A stretch of DNA of 64,000 nt, taken from contig JBODTK010000115.1 in assembly GCA_050613775.1 (NCBI GenBank), positions 186,001-250,000 of the forward strand. Reading direction: 5' to 3'. Below, piece after piece: positions 14,970 through 36,900 of the stretch. Numbering within the stretch: position 1 is the first letter of the stretch; every line of letters starts with the position of its first letter. The notes under the pieces are model-generated. The model searched no databases and was not told where the DNA came from. It was given only the letters and a program-made list of their open reading frames with translations. The stretch is from Neocallimastix sp. 'constans'. Its lineage: Eukaryota. Made by a program: the position numbers and the translations under genes.

Positions 14970-15058
14970 TATTTACTAATTATTATGTATATTATTAATA
15001 TTTATATGATATATTTATTTATGTTAATAGCTTTATAGAAACAGGAATTCTTCGTTGA
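7467..15058 (+). CDS. Large multi-pass membrane protein, TmcB/TmcC (tiny macrocysts)-like; roughly 30 exons including micro-exons
   Basis: ATG at 7467 (MSEEKEKL), TGA at 15056-15058 (FIETGILR*). N-terminal TM block with IIEICQLI and QPFYNMKLN; TPR-like helices (AEKYYTVYISKYSFSKEAIKLYSLFMSNIM); further TM pairs; C-terminal TM plus VIFSVP. Not all internal exons were resolved. Confidence 0.6.
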
Positions 15059-15680
15059 ATTTAGTTTAATTATATAATATTTTAATACATATTAATATTC
15101 AAAATTTTTAAATATTCAATATATTAAACTATGATTTAAAATCTTTTAATAATGTAATAACACTAATAAATAATTATTAATTCATTTAAACTTTTCCTTA
15201 TTAAATAATTTTTATTCATGTATAAAAAAAATTAAAAGATTTTTATTTAATATTATATTTATAAAGTAAAATATAAATTATATTTATTTTAAAAATTTTT
15301 TTATTATTTATATGAACTAAAGAATGATATTTATATATTTTTCATTTTCTTTCATTTACTTCCAAGATTAATTTTTTAAATTAGTTAATTTTTTAAATTA
15401 GTTAATTTTTTAAATTAGTTAATATTATAATATTTTTTTTTAATAAAAAAAAAACATTATTTTATAAATTTTAATTAATTATTTTCTATTTTGATTTAAA
15501 AATTATTGGTTGAGGTTTTTATTTGTTTTTTTTTTTTTTTTTTTTTTTTTTTTATTTATTAAAATTTTAAATGTATTTATTTATAAAAAAAAAAAAGGAA
15601 AAAATAATTAAAGAAAAATAATTAAAAAGAAAAAAGAATAATTAGATTTTTATTTTAGAAAAAAAAAAAAAAATATAAAC

Positions 15681-16529
15681 ATGGATAATATATTAATTGA
15701 TTGGGATTTATATCAATTAAATATTAATAAATTAAAGGAATGGAAAATTGAATTAAACAATTTAATAGAAACTTTAAAGGACTTTGATTATCGGTATATA
15801 AAAAAAATTTTTTTAAATAATTTATTAAATATTTCAAAATTTTCTAATGATATATAACTGAAATTTTAATAGTAATGAATTTCAATATGAAACTGAAATT
15901 TGGAAATTATTATATACTGTTGTAAAATGGATAAATACAAATGATAAAATTAATACAATTGATGAAAATATAATTTACATTGAAATTTTAGAATCAATTT
16001 TTAAAATTATCAGAAATGCTAATGCTGGAGTCAAAGAAAATCAAATGAATACAAAGTATAACTAAAATTTAAACTTTTTTTAAAATAATATATAAATGAA
16101 TAATCTTTTTTTTTTTTTTTTTTTATTTTTTTTTTTTAAAAAAAAAAAAATAAATAAAATAAAAGTATCTAATTGTTAATATATATTAATTATAATAAAC
16201 CAATAGAGATTTTTTATTGAATGAAATATTATTAATTATCCCGAAATGCATTGAATTACTTAGAAAAGACGTTACCAATACTAAAGGTAAATAATGGGAT
16301 CTTTCTATATAATATTATTTTATTAAAAAAACTTCAAAATGATTTAATTTTTTTTTTTTTTTTTTTCTTTGAAAAATTTATATATTTATTTCAATATTTA
16401 AATAGTTAATACATGTATACAATGTGGAATTCAATGTATTTCAAATACTTATACTCAAAATACATATTTACAAAACAATTATACCGAAGAATTATTTAAT
16501 AGCAAAATATTGAGGTATTATATAATGAA

Positions 16530-16595
<66 letters not shown>

Positions 16596-17552
16596 ATTAA
16601 TGAATATAAATATTCATAAATAAATATATATAATTTTAATTTATTAATATATATATTTTTTATGCATTGAATTTATATATATTTATTTTTATATCAATAT
16701 TATTATAGAACTGTTTTTGATTTCGAAGATGAAAAACTTCATTTATACACTATTATGACTGTTCATAATATTTTAATGAACAATGAAACAGCAGTGTAAG
16801 TATAATATTATAATATTGAAACTAAAATATATAAACTAATATAATAATAATATATTATTATTATTTATTATTTATTATTTATTATTTATTATTTATTATT
16901 TATTATTTATTATTTATTATTTATTATTTATTATTTATTATTTATTATTTATTATTTATTATTTATTATTTTTTATTTATTATTTATTATTTTTTATTTA
17001 TTATTTATTATTTATTATTATTAATTATTATTATTATTAATATAAAAATATTATATTTTTATAATAAAAATTAAGTGATATAATAACAAAAAATGATGAA
17101 GGCCAAGAAATATTAAAAAGAATTATTTTATTTGCTCCGTTATATAAAGAAAAGGATCACGTTCCAATATTTGACCTTATGTAATATATTATTATCAAAT
17201 ATAATGATTTTATTAAAAATCTTAAAATATTATAATTAAAAATTTTTATTTCAATTTAATAAATTATAAAATGGAATAATAATAAAAATTATAAAATAAA
17301 AATATAGATATTCCATTTTTAATAATATTATTAATTTAAATAAACTTTCACTTTTGTTAACTGCATTTGCTCCAATACAAGATAAAGAATTAGGGTAATA
17401 ATATAAAACATATTGTAATTACAGTTCAAAATTATAAAATAAAATATAAATATAAAAAAATTCGATATATGAGTTATTTTTATTTAAAATATTAAAATGA
17501 AAAATATAATTAATGCTAGTATTACTCACTCACTCTCTCTATATATATATGA

Positions 17553-17586
<34 letters not shown>

Positions 17587-18285
17587 GAACTATGGCCATT
17601 TCAAGAGAACAAACTATATTATTAAAATTTATTGATGGTAAATTAGAAAACAAAAAGGATGAATTTGGAAATAATACTTGGGACTATCCAAAGGATTTAC
17701 CAGATTTATTAGCAGTTCTCTTTAAAAGAGTAGTTCGTAGTTCCTATAAAATTATTTCTGATGATCAAGATGGTACCTACAGTACTGTTGATACTGATGG
17801 TTTAATTCTCTTATTAACTTGTTTTGGTAATTTAGTTATGACTTTCGATGAAAAAACTAGAATTAGATTGTCAAATCTTGGTTTTATTGAAGATATTATA
17901 AGTATGAAAAAATATGTATATATGAATAATATAATAATATTAATATATAACTTTAAAAAAAAAAAAAAAAGTAGAAGTAATAGAATAACCCTTTTATTAT
18001 ATTAATTAATTTATTTTTCTTTTTAATTATATTAATATTAATATAATATATATTAAATAGGTCTTTTAAAAAATGCTAATGAACTCCAACCAAGATTAAG
18101 AAAATTAGAGGATAAGGGAGATGAAAACAATACCTGGTTTATGTTTAAAAATGATATCATAACTATTATTTCTGGTATATGCTATAACTGTAAACAAGTT
18201 CAAGATGAAGTAAATATTTTTTAATAAATAAATAAATGTTTAATTTATATATATTTTACAATTATTTTGCTTCAAATTTTAAAAG

Positions 18286-18336
<51 letters not shown>

Positions 18337-18353
18337 TAGATATATGTGTTTAA

Positions 18354-18391
<38 letters not shown>

Positions 18392-18848
18392 CATAGATAA
18401 GAGAATTAGGTGGTTTACCATTAGTTTTAGCTAATTGTAATATTGATAATAATAATCCATGTAAGTAATTTATTAATATTAATTATTATTTTCAATTGAT
18501 CATACTTTTTAAATATTGTTATTTATTAAATTAATTCATTTATTAAAATTAACAAATAAAAATAAATATATTAAATTAATAAATAAATATATATATAAAT
18601 ATTTAGATATCAAAGAAAGAGCTGTATTTGCTATTAGAAATCTTTGTTATAGAAATCCTGAAAATCAAAAGATAATTGAATCATTAGAAGCCAAAGGTGT
18701 TGATAAGAGTGTCAATTTAGATGAAATGGGTATTGACGCTGAAATTGATGAAAATGGAAAATTACATGTTAAAAGACTTCCAAAGAAAGACATTAAAAAA
18801 GAATCATCATCTGGAGAAGAAGAATCAAGAATTCAAGAGTTAAATTAA
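15681..18848 (+). CDS. ATXN10: Ataxin-10 homolog (ARM-like; Ctr86 family)
   Basis: About ten GT-AG exons. C-terminal exons give FKNDIITIISGICYNCKQVQDE-IRELGGLPLVLANCNIDNNNPYIKERAVFAIRNLCYRNPENQKII, the ataxin-10 domain signature. Confidence 0.92.
16850..17030. repeat. (TTTATTA)n heptamer array in an ataxin-10 intron
   Basis: Direct reading of tandem ttattta units. Confidence 0.9.
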
Positions 18849-19218
18849 AATCAATAATTAAAATAATTAACATATAGAATTATATATTTATATAAACAAT
18901 ATTTTAAAGTATTACTAAAATAAATAACAATAAATGAAAGAAAATTATTAAATATGGAATTAAGTAGAATAGGAAAAAGGAAGAAATAAAAAAAAAAAAA
19001 AAATAGAGTTTTTGTATATAGTACAAGATTTTAATATATATATTAAAAGTTTGATTTTAAAAAAAATGTAAAATTTTGTTATTAAATTTAAATATAATTA
19101 TAATAATAGACAAAAAATACCATATCAATATATATAAATATAGATTACTATTGTATTTAATATTTATTTATTTATTTATGTATTTATTTATTTATGTATT
19201 TATTTATATATTTATGTT

Positions 19219-19251
<33 letters not shown>

Positions 19252-19301
19252 CATGATCTATCAACCATTTTTAATTATAAATTTTATTTATGTCAGTCCT
19301 T

Positions 19302-19396
<95 letters not shown>

Positions 19397-19569
19397 TTAA
19401 TTTATAAATTTATTTATTATACTATTAATGTAATTTTATTATTTAAAAACACTTTCTTGTTAAAAGAATTAATTGGAAGATTGCTTTAAGGATTCTCACT
19501 ATCATATTAAGCAGTATAAATTATAATAGAAATTATAATAGAACAAGGTATTATATTAAAACCATTATT

Positions 19570-20990
19570 CTTACCTCTGATAGTCTTTTGTATCTAATCC
19601 TTTCTCGAATACTTTATATTTTAATTTCTGTATTAGCTGGAATATCAATTGTTGGAACTTTGAAAATCGTGACGGATGTATTCATTTTAATTCAATTTTT
19701 AATTCTATCTGTATTTTTCTTCAAAGAGTCAGTATTAGTTTATTCTTTAATTCTTTCTCTAATTCCTATCTATTTCTTAATCATTATAGAACAATAGTGA
19801 GACATGTAGACATAAAATCCCTAATATAGGTGATCTTTATAGTGTTATCCAGTTAGATATTCATTAGGAAACATTTACATCTCCAGCAAAAAAAACATAA
19901 AAACTCAAGAAATAAAGCGAAAAATGGTTTTGCTAATTGGCTCAAAAATCATCACAATAACCCTTCTGTTATTGTTGGTGATTTGGTGATTTCAACATAA
20001 CTAAACAGCAACTTAAAAATCTTATTCTTTAAATTTCACCTCATTGATTTGTTATAGATATGGTCGTTAGTTTTCTTGGTCTAACGGTGGAAAGAATTCT
20101 TGTATTTACTTTTTAGATGTTAACGATAAATTTAAATTAAGAAATTATTTAAATATTGCTTTTTTTTTTTTTTTATTAAGGATATCTCAGATCATTTACC
20201 ACTTATTCTTTCTTATAAGAAAACGTCTCCTGATGGTTTTATTAAGTCACCCCCTTGTAAGAAAATTAAATGGTCTAGTCAAATTTGTAGAGATAAATAT
20301 AAATCAGTTTTCCCTCATAATAAATTTACATATTTAGTGAATGAATTTGAATATAATGATAATCTGGACTCTCAAGCAATTATAAAAGAAACTTCTTGTT
20401 ACAGTTAATAAAGTAGATGATGAAATTCAAGTAAGAATTTCTAAAGATCTACAGGGTTTATCATTCCATTGTCCAGATTTCATTTAGAAATTATCTCATA
20501 AAAAACATTTATTTTATAAAAAGATTAAAAATCTTAAACTTAGAAGTGATTTATCTAATTTTCAAGCATTCTGTGATCTATTTAAAGAATATAGGGCTTT
20601 TTATGAATATATTATTAGTATTACAAGAAATATTTGGATAATTATATTTAAAAATTTGATTCATTCCATCAGCGAATGCTTATTAAAAAAAAAAAAAAAA
20701 AAGAAAAAGAAATAAAAAGGACTCTCAACGGTGTTGGTCTTGGCTTAATAACATCTTTAATCCCTCTTTCTCTCCTATTCAGTCACCTATGTACATTAAA
20801 GATAAAGTAGTTAATGTTTTAGTTCCTCATGAAGATCAACCCAACCGATTATCAGAACACTATGAAGAATTTGCTTCTGATACAACCGGCCACAATCTTA
20901 ATGGAATACTAAACAATTCTTATTCTCCTCAGGAATCAATTAATCAATTAATTAACCTATATACAAATAGATGATGCTTATTTATCGACA
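19570..20990 (+). mobile_element. Degraded non-LTR (LINE) retrotransposon, APE endonuclease region
   Basis: In order: LGNIYIS (~19864), PSVIVGDL (~19962-19985, GDFN-like) and DISDHLPLIL (20181-20210, SDH motif). Many stops and frameshifts. Confidence 0.8.
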
Positions 20991-21385
20991 AAATATATTT
21001 AATGATTACAAAGTATTCAAGAAAAGTAATAATTATTATATTTCTATTATTAATATTTTAATGATGAGATAATTTAAATATTTAAAATCCTTTTAGACAT
21101 TTGGATCATAGGTGTGAATTGACAACATAAAATAAAGAACATGAAATATTAAAGGAAGATTACTTAATTGAGTTTTTGTGTTGATTATTTAAAAATCATA
21201 TTTATTTTGGAAATGAATAAAAATAATATAATTGAAAATTATAGCAAAAATAGCTTACAAAAAGATATAAAATGAAATAATGAATCTTAATAAATTATAA
21301 AACAATTTACATTATTTACTAGTAAGTTTAAATGGCTAGAATAATAATAATTAGTTACAACTGAAATCAATTTCATAACTATTCT

Positions 21386-21560
21386 TTATCAAGTACCCAA
21401 ATATATAATTAACAATTTATTTTAATGCTTATCGTTAAAACTATAAAGCGAAAATATATAAAAAAAATCTGTGTTAATCTTCAAAATGGATTATAAATTG
21501 AAAGTGATATAAAACCTAATGCATAAGAGGTATTCACACAAATTGAGATGGTTTCCATCA
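21386..21560 (+). repeat. Dispersed degenerate repeat, copy 2 (copy 1 at 4562-4750)
   Basis: Colinear shared blocks with 4562-4750. Confidence 0.7.
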
Positions 21561-21804
21561 TTTAGTGCTAGAAACTCTTTATCATAAAATATATTATTAA
21601 TAAAATTGACATATAATTAACTAGACTCTAAATTCCTAACTCTTAACAACATTATATAATTTATATTTTTATAAGTAAAATATTAATTTTTTATTAATTG
21701 CTTATAATAGAAATATAATTTGTAAATCCACCTCATACAAAAGCTGATAACGGAATAAATTGTTATATTATTAATATTTCAGTTAAGCCATACTTTTCAA
21801 AAAT

Positions 21805-21842
<38 letters not shown>

Positions 21843-22335
21843 AAATTTAATATTAAATATTACTCATACTAAAATTATAAAATAAAAATAGTATATATTA
21901 GTTTAATATTTTCATAAAGATATTTGAAAGTTTTAACATTTAATAGGTATTGAAGAAGAAGAACATAAGACAATATTAGAATTGTCAAATATTAATACCA
22001 ATAAGGAAAAAAAAAGTAACGAATTGTTAATTGAAAATAATCATTTGAATAATAAAACTTTTGTTAATTTTTATTTTTAATATTATTAATATTATTAATT
22101 TAATATTATGATTATTATTATGTATTATTATTTATATATTAAGTATTATTTAGCATAATTATTATTATTGTTGCTATTATTCATATTTATTTTTTTTTAA
22201 CAAATTTAATAAATAATACATATAATTAAAAAAAAAGTAACATAAATATTAAAAAAAAAAAAAAGTAAAATAAAAAATAAAATAAATAAAAAAATCTTTA
22301 TATCATTATAATAAATTTTTTTTTTTTTTTTTGTC

Positions 22336-29106
<6,771 letters not shown>

Positions 29107-29992
29107 TATATATATAACATATTTTTCATTTATGAAGTTAAAAAAAAAAAAAAAAATAAAATAAAATAAAATAGAAATATAGAAGTAATAAATAAATTTA
29201 TTATATATAATAATATAATAAAAAAAAAAATCAATATAACATAAAAACAATTAATAATAACTTATTTTATCAATTTATTTTTTCTTTACTTTTTTTTCTA
29301 TTACTATTGAATATTTGATTAAAAAAAAAAAAAAAAAAAAAAGGTTGTATTTGTTTTAATAATTAAAAATAACAGTTTTGAAAGTTTAAAAAAAATTATT
29401 TAAAAAAAAAAAAAAAAAAAAAAAGACTAAATTAAATAAAATATTTTTTGAAATTTATATATTAAACTAAACAAAAGAAAAAAGAAAAAAAAAGAAAAAA
29501 AAAAAAAAGAAAGAAATAAAAATGAAAAGCTTAAAATATCACACTTCTTCAAAAATTATAGAGTAAGTTTTGAAATATAAATTTTTTTTTTATATTAACA
29601 GTAAAAAACTTTAATTTCTTTTTATAATCAAAGTTATTAGTATTATAGTCTAAATCAAAGGTAGGAACTTATTAATTAACTATTTTGTAGATACTTTTAT
29701 TATGTACATAAAATATAAAATAAAATATGATATAATAAAATCCAAAAATATTAAACTCGAATGATTTTTTTTTTTTTTTTTAAACTTTAACCATCTTTTG
29801 TAGATTAAAATGTATAAAAAATTATGAATTTTAAATTATTATTAATAAAATTAAATATGAATTATTTAATATATATTGTTTTATTTATTTATTTATCGGT
29901 ATATTTGAATAAAAAATAATACATGATTACGTTTTATTAATTGTGGATTTTTTTCCTTTCATATTTATTAATTATATATAGGAAACTAATTT

Positions 29993-30364
29993 GAATGTAG
30001 TGCATTTCATAATGTGGCGTATTTTGTATGTGGCTTATTTTTTAATAATTAAATAAATAATTAAATAAATAAGAATTAAATAAATAAAAAATATTCATTT
30101 TATATATATATATATATAATTTATTAATATTCAATTTTAAAAATAATTTTTATAACTCTTTTTTAATAGAATATATTATTATTTCTTTTGAAATAGATAT
30201 CTAATAATATTTAATTGTAAAAATACGTTATTATTTCTTTTGAAATAATAATTATTTATATATTTATTTATGATTGTATAGAATATTTTAAAAATATATG
30301 GCTTTATTTTAAAATTATTATAAGCCACATTGGGAAATACACCATTGCGAAATGCACTATCCTC
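29993..30364. mobile_element. MITE-like element with ~40-bp imperfect terminal inverted repeats
   Basis: tagtgcatttcataatgtggcgtattttgtatgtggctta (29998-30037) versus taagccacattgggaaatacaccattgcgaaatgcacta (30321-30359); AT-rich non-coding interior. No clear target-site duplication. Confidence 0.7.
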
Positions 30365-30552
30365 GTTAATTTAATATGTGAAATAATAAGCATGAAAATT
30401 AAAATTTTTTAGAAATTTATTGCAAAATTTTATCTATAATAAAACAAAAAATTTAATTTTTGATTCTACATACTACATATATTAATATTATTATTATTAT
30501 ATAAATTTGATAGAATTCTTTTATAAATACTAATACTAATTATTAAAAATAT

Positions 30553-30583
<31 letters not shown>

Positions 30584-31228
30584 AATTTAATTTTTAAAAA
30601 ATTAATATTTTAATTTACTCTTAAACTCTTAATTAAATTAAATGTAACCTACTACATATATTAGAATATACTTTAAATATATGTTATGATTTATTTTGTT
30701 TTGTCCCACATTTAAAATTTTTTTTTTTTTTTTTGAATTTTAAATTTAATTAAATAATAAATAACAACTTATATATTAGAGTTTATTGGAAATTTTAAAT
30801 GGATTTTTAGAAATCAAATAAAAAAAATAAAAAAAATTAATAAAAAAAAAATTTTTTTGAAAATAAATTGATTAAATAAAAAAAAAAAAAAAAGAATTAA
30901 ATATAAATAAAGAAGAAGAAGAAAAAAGAATGAAGATGAAGATAAAAAAATTATGAATACTAGACTTCTTTAAATTTATATGTAAATAACAAATTTAACT
31001 TTTTTTTTATATTTTTATATTTATTAATTTTGTGAATTTAATAGTAATTTATTAAAACTATTTTTCAAAAATATTATTATTAGGTGTTTTAAGATATTTA
31101 ATATGCTTTTAATGAAACACAGGATAATAAATATAAACAAAATAATAGATTATTAGCAGAATAATTAATTATTTGGTTCTTATACTTATTTTTTTATTAA
31201 AATCAAAAAAATGTAAAATTATATAAAT

Positions 31229-31271
<43 letters not shown>

Positions 31272-33550
31272 AATTTAAAGATAATACATCTTTCTGAATA
31301 AGATATCTTTAGATTGGTTCATTTTACTTTTTTTTTTTTATTTTTTTTTTAGATATTAGATATTATATCTTTGACTATAATACTTATATAATACTTATAC
31401 ATTAAATTAAAATAAAATAATTATACAAAATATTAAAGTTACAGCTTTATTTATACTTTTAGATTATAATTATTAATAAACATTTAAATTAAAGTAATAT
31501 AATAAAAATGTCATTCCAATAAAATATTTTTATATAAATTTAGATGAACGTTAAATTTATTATATAATAATTAATATCATATATATATATTATATATTTT
31601 TTTTTCAAAAATATATATATAAAATATTATATTTGGTTTATTTTTGATTTATTTATCAAGTCATTATTAATTTAATGATTATATACTATTATATTATTAT
31701 ATACATTATAATATTTATTATTTATTCTTTTACTATGATACATAAATAGTTTAATGATTATATAAAATTAAAAAGAAAAAATTTTTTTTTATTTTATTAT
31801 CATATAAATAGAAATTAAATATCATAAATTTTTTAATTTTAATTTATTAAACATATTTCATTTATTTTTATGCTATCTTTCATGACAATATGATAAACTT
31901 TATTTATTATAAATTATATATTTTTGATAATAAATAAAGTTTTAAAATATTTATCTAGCTTTTTTTTAATGGTATTTTTTTTTTTTTTTTTTTTTTTAAA
32001 AAAATTTTCAATAGAACAAAATGATATGATTCATTTATTTTTTTTATCCATATAACATGGAAAACAATTGAAAGCCGTTTTATATTATAAATGATTATAA
32101 ATAACATAAAATGACATATTCTTAAATAAATAGGTATTTCTTAATGTAAAAGCAAATAAATAAACAAATCAATAAACACAAAATAAAAAATTGTAAAATT
32201 AATAAAATAAATCAATAAAATAAAATAAGCATAAACATAAAAAAATAAATATCATTTCTGAGTTTTAAGTGCTCTATTTAAACAGATTAAGAATTTCACT
32301 GACCTCAATAATTCATTTAACTCAACCGTTACTATCAAAATTCAATATATTCAGTCTTAAACCATTTATTAAAATATTAAATTCAAAGAAATATTAACAA
32401 TTAACAGTCACGTTAAAATTAAAATAACTAAAATTAAAAAATATAAACAACTACAAGTACTTCAAAAAAAAAAATAAAAATAAAACAAAATAAAACAAAA
32501 TAAAACAAAATAAAAAAAAATAAAAAAAAAAAAAAAAAAAAAAATTAAATTTTATTAAAATTAAATGAATTCTCTATTTGGGGATTACTAACTTATTGAT
32601 GGTAGATCCATTAACCAGAAAAAAAAAAAAAAAAAAAAAAAGTATTTCTGGACCCTTGTCCTTGGCTCAAAATATATATATATATATATTTTTTTTTTGA
32701 TTTCATCATGGAAATGTGGAAAATGCTAAAGTATATTGGGGAGGAATATGGAATATTAAATATCATTGTTATGTGTTTAATTACATTGTACATTAAAATA
32801 TATATATATATATATATTTTATTTTTTTTTTTATTTGATTGTATCCTGTAGTGTAACACTAAATGTTACCAATAAATGTTAAGACTATTACACAAAAATG
32901 ATTATATAAATAACATAACATTTTATTTGTAAATTTTTATTTTTAATTTTTATTTTATTTTTTTTTTTTTTTTCTAGCATAAATGATAAAGATTTTATTA
33001 CTTAATTATTAATATTGATTATTGATTAATGTAGAAAAAAAAAAAAAAAAAAAGTGAAAACTATATAGAATAAATAATATTATTGAGATATATTGATATA
33101 CATTGAGTTATTTAATATGATGTATTAACTATATAAATAAATTGAAATAAAAAAAAAAAAAAAATGAATATAATAATATAATAAAAAATAAAAAAAACTA
33201 TCTAATTTTTAAAAAAAAATTTTTTTTTTTTTTTTTTTTTGAATTTATTCTTGTTTAATTTATTTTAATTTATTTATTAATATTATATTAATAAATAAAT
33301 TTAATAAATAATAAATAATGAATTGAATATATAAATATTTTTAATGATGTTGGGAAAGAAAAATTCAAGGATGAATCATTATTATATTATATAAATAAAA
33401 TAAAATAAATTAAATTAAATTAAATTAAAAATAATATAAATAATAATAATAATAATAATTTAATAATTGTATTAATAACTAAATAATAATAAAATTTAAA
33501 TATGATATAAATATATATATATATATAAACTTTTTTTTAAAAGATAGATA

Positions 33551-33589
<39 letters not shown>

Positions 33590-33747
33590 TTACTATGTAT
33601 TATACTAATTGGATGAAATATATTATATATAAATATATTATTATAGTATTACTACTACTATATTATTATCATTAGTCACCATCTTAAATTAATATTAATT
33701 ACTTATTATTTATTATTATTTATTGATTAATGATTATTTATTTATTG

Positions 33748-33781
<34 letters not shown>

Positions 33782-33988
33782 GCTTAATTATTGAAAGTTG
33801 ATTATTTCTATTTTATTATCTTTAAAATGAATATCTTTATTTAATTATTTCTTGATGGATTGATGGATTGACGGATTAATGGATTGAATGATTAATTTTT
33901 TTATTTTTATTTTTATTTTATTTTTATTTTATTTTTATTTTTATTTTTTTTTTTTTTTTTATTTAATTTATTTATTTATTTTACTTAT

Positions 33989-36900
33989 TTAAAGCATAAA
34001 GAAAGCATCATCCTCTACAAATTGTTTTCTCTTAGTATCATCTTTATGATATTTTGTGGCGACTACTGTAGTAGTTTCAACTGATGTCTTTGGTTGTTTC
34101 TGAGTGAAAGGTAAATGATTGGTAGGGGTAAATTTTGTTGTATATTGAGAATAATCATTATGATTAATACCTTTTTGGGTATTACGTTTAGCCACGGCAT
34201 TGGCTACAGCAAAAGCATAGGCTCTAGCTTTGACTTGTTTCTGAAGCCATTGCTCTGGTTCTGGAATACCTTTACGTTCTTTTTCAAGAATTTGCGATGC
34301 CAAAGTAGAAGAGGTAACATAATTAATATTATTACCACTATTATTGGTATAGGTACTAAAGGTAGATTTTTCAGGTGATTTTTCAAAGTTTTTATGCATG
34401 GAACCTTGACGTGTTATATCAATTGGTAAATTATTTTTATTATCTTGATTTTCAGTAGAAGAATTGGTATTATTATTACTATCATTGGTGGTTGTGGTGG
34501 TTGAATCATTATTTATATTATTATTATTCGTGTTATTATTATTAGTGTTATTATTATCATTATCTTTATCTAAATTTAAAAGTTTAGCAACAATGGGTAT
34601 ATTCGAAAGAAAACTGAAACCATTAAATTTATTAAATTTTTTATTTCCAAAGAAATTAGTAAAGATATTATTTTCAGAACTGAAAAATGGAGGTGCAGTC
34701 TTTGGAGTAGTTGATGATTTAATTGTTTCTTTACTATCTTTTTTAGATAGAGAGGTATTGATTTGTAATGGAGTAGGAGATGGTTTATCACCTTTAGTAG
34801 TATTGGCATTAACTGAAGTGACGGTATTACCATTGAAAGTTGCACTAATACTGCTGTTTTCTTTATTATTTGAAGTCGTCGTGGATAAAGAATTTTTATT
34901 ATTATTATTATTATCACTAGTAGTAGTATTAGTAGTAGTAGTAGTAGTAGTAGTAGTATTAAAAGAAGAACCATTCATACTGGAATTGTTTGGTGAGATT
35001 GGTGAAATTCTTTTATTATTCGTTCTTTGTCGTATAATATTTATCATTCTATTATTAGATTTACTAGAATAAATTGGTGCTGGTGAACTATTCGTACGAT
35101 ATCTATTCACACTGAAATTTTGATGAAGTTTTGATGGAATTTTTGGTGAAGTTTTTGAGGTAACTGAGGAATTATGGGTATGATTTAAATTATTAGATAT
35201 TGTCATCATTGTAGTGAAGGTAGTTGGAACATTTTTTCTTGGTTTTAAGTAACCATCTTGATGATTTCTTTGAGATAAGGGTGAAGAAACTTTTGCTCTT
35301 GAAAAGGATGAAATATTTTTTGAGAGGGCTGAGGATGGTGGAGGTAACATTTCATTTGTATTAACCATCTTTTTAGAGTAGGGTGAGGTGGCCTTTTGAC
35401 CTGAATGATGATGACCAGAAGACTCCTTACTCTTGGATTTAATATTCAATAAAGATCCATCCTTCAATTTTAATTTTTGTAAACTAGAATTTCCTTTTAG
35501 TCGACGTTTAATTTGTTTTGGTGCTTGTGATGCAGATTTTGTAAGTGTTTGTGATATTGATTTCACCAAGAGTTTACTACTTGATTTCTTAGATTTCGAA
35601 GTCTTTTGTTTTCTATTTTTATCATTTTCAGTTATAATTATATTGGATGAAGAAAATTCAGAATACAAATCCTTATTTTCATTTGAAATATAATTCGTTT
35701 TAATTCCATTATCATTTCCATGACTATGATTATGACTATTATTTATACCATTGTTATTTCCATGACTAGTATTTATACCACTGTTATTTCCATGACTAGT
35801 ATTAATATCATTATTATAATTACCATTACTACTATTGTTTTTATTTTCATTATTATTCGTAGTCGTAGTCATGCTTGTATTATTTGATTGGTCATTAGAA
35901 TTGTTGGTAATAAAGGAAGATGATTTTTCTAATCCAGAATGTCTATTTTTATCTAAAATTGAATCCCATAAGGATATAGGTCTTGAATTATATTTTGTTT
36001 GAATATGTGAACCACCTTTAACCATATAATCTTTATTAGTACTATGATTGCGTTTAAGATTAGATGAGTTATCATAATATGCTTTATTTAATTGGTAACT
36101 ATCAAGTGATAAATATTTTCGATTATTACTACGAAGAGATGATATTGATGGAGAACGCAATATGGTATCTTTTTTTAGTAATTTCTTTTCAATTTCATCA
36201 GAATTATCTAAATTAATATTTTCTCTTTTACAAATTTCATTATACCATTCAATATAGGCCATTTGTGTTTCCTGTTGTTGAAACATTGTTCTTATAGCAA
36301 ATGGTGAAGCTGAAACTGTAGTTAATGTTGAATTAATGGAAGAAGCATAAGAATAACGACGGAAATTCATTTCACTCTTATTCATTTTTTCATAATCATC
36401 AGTAAATCTTCTATTATATGGAAATGAATTTGGTAATGAATTATCATTAACAATGGAATCCATCGAACTTTGTTTTGAGTTTAGTTTCACATCTGAATCA
36501 TATCCAAAATCTTATTTTATATATTAAATTACATTAATTTAAATATTAAAAAGAATAATAATAATAATAATAATAATATTAATAATAAAATAAAGAAAAA
36601 AAAATAAATAAATAAAATAATAATATTATATAATAATAAATAATAATATTATATAATAATAAATAATAATATTATATAATAATAAATAATTATATTATAT
36701 AATAATAATTAATAATATTATATAATAATAAATAATAATATTATATAATAATAAATAATAATATTTTATAATAAATAATAATATTATATAATATTATTTT
36801 TAATATATAATATTATTTAAAAAATATTAATATAAAAAGATATATAAATATTATTTTTTAAATATTATAAAAAGGAAAGGAAAAAAAAAAAAAAAAAACT

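Noticed and set aside
16520..17030. Parallel with the human ATXN10 intronic repeat expansion
   Set aside because: Different motif, and such repeats occur throughout this window; coincidental.
32570..32890. GC-richer intergenic patch with palindrome agtgtaacact-like sequence
   Set aside because: No ORF, repeat partner or recognisable RNA motif could be supported.
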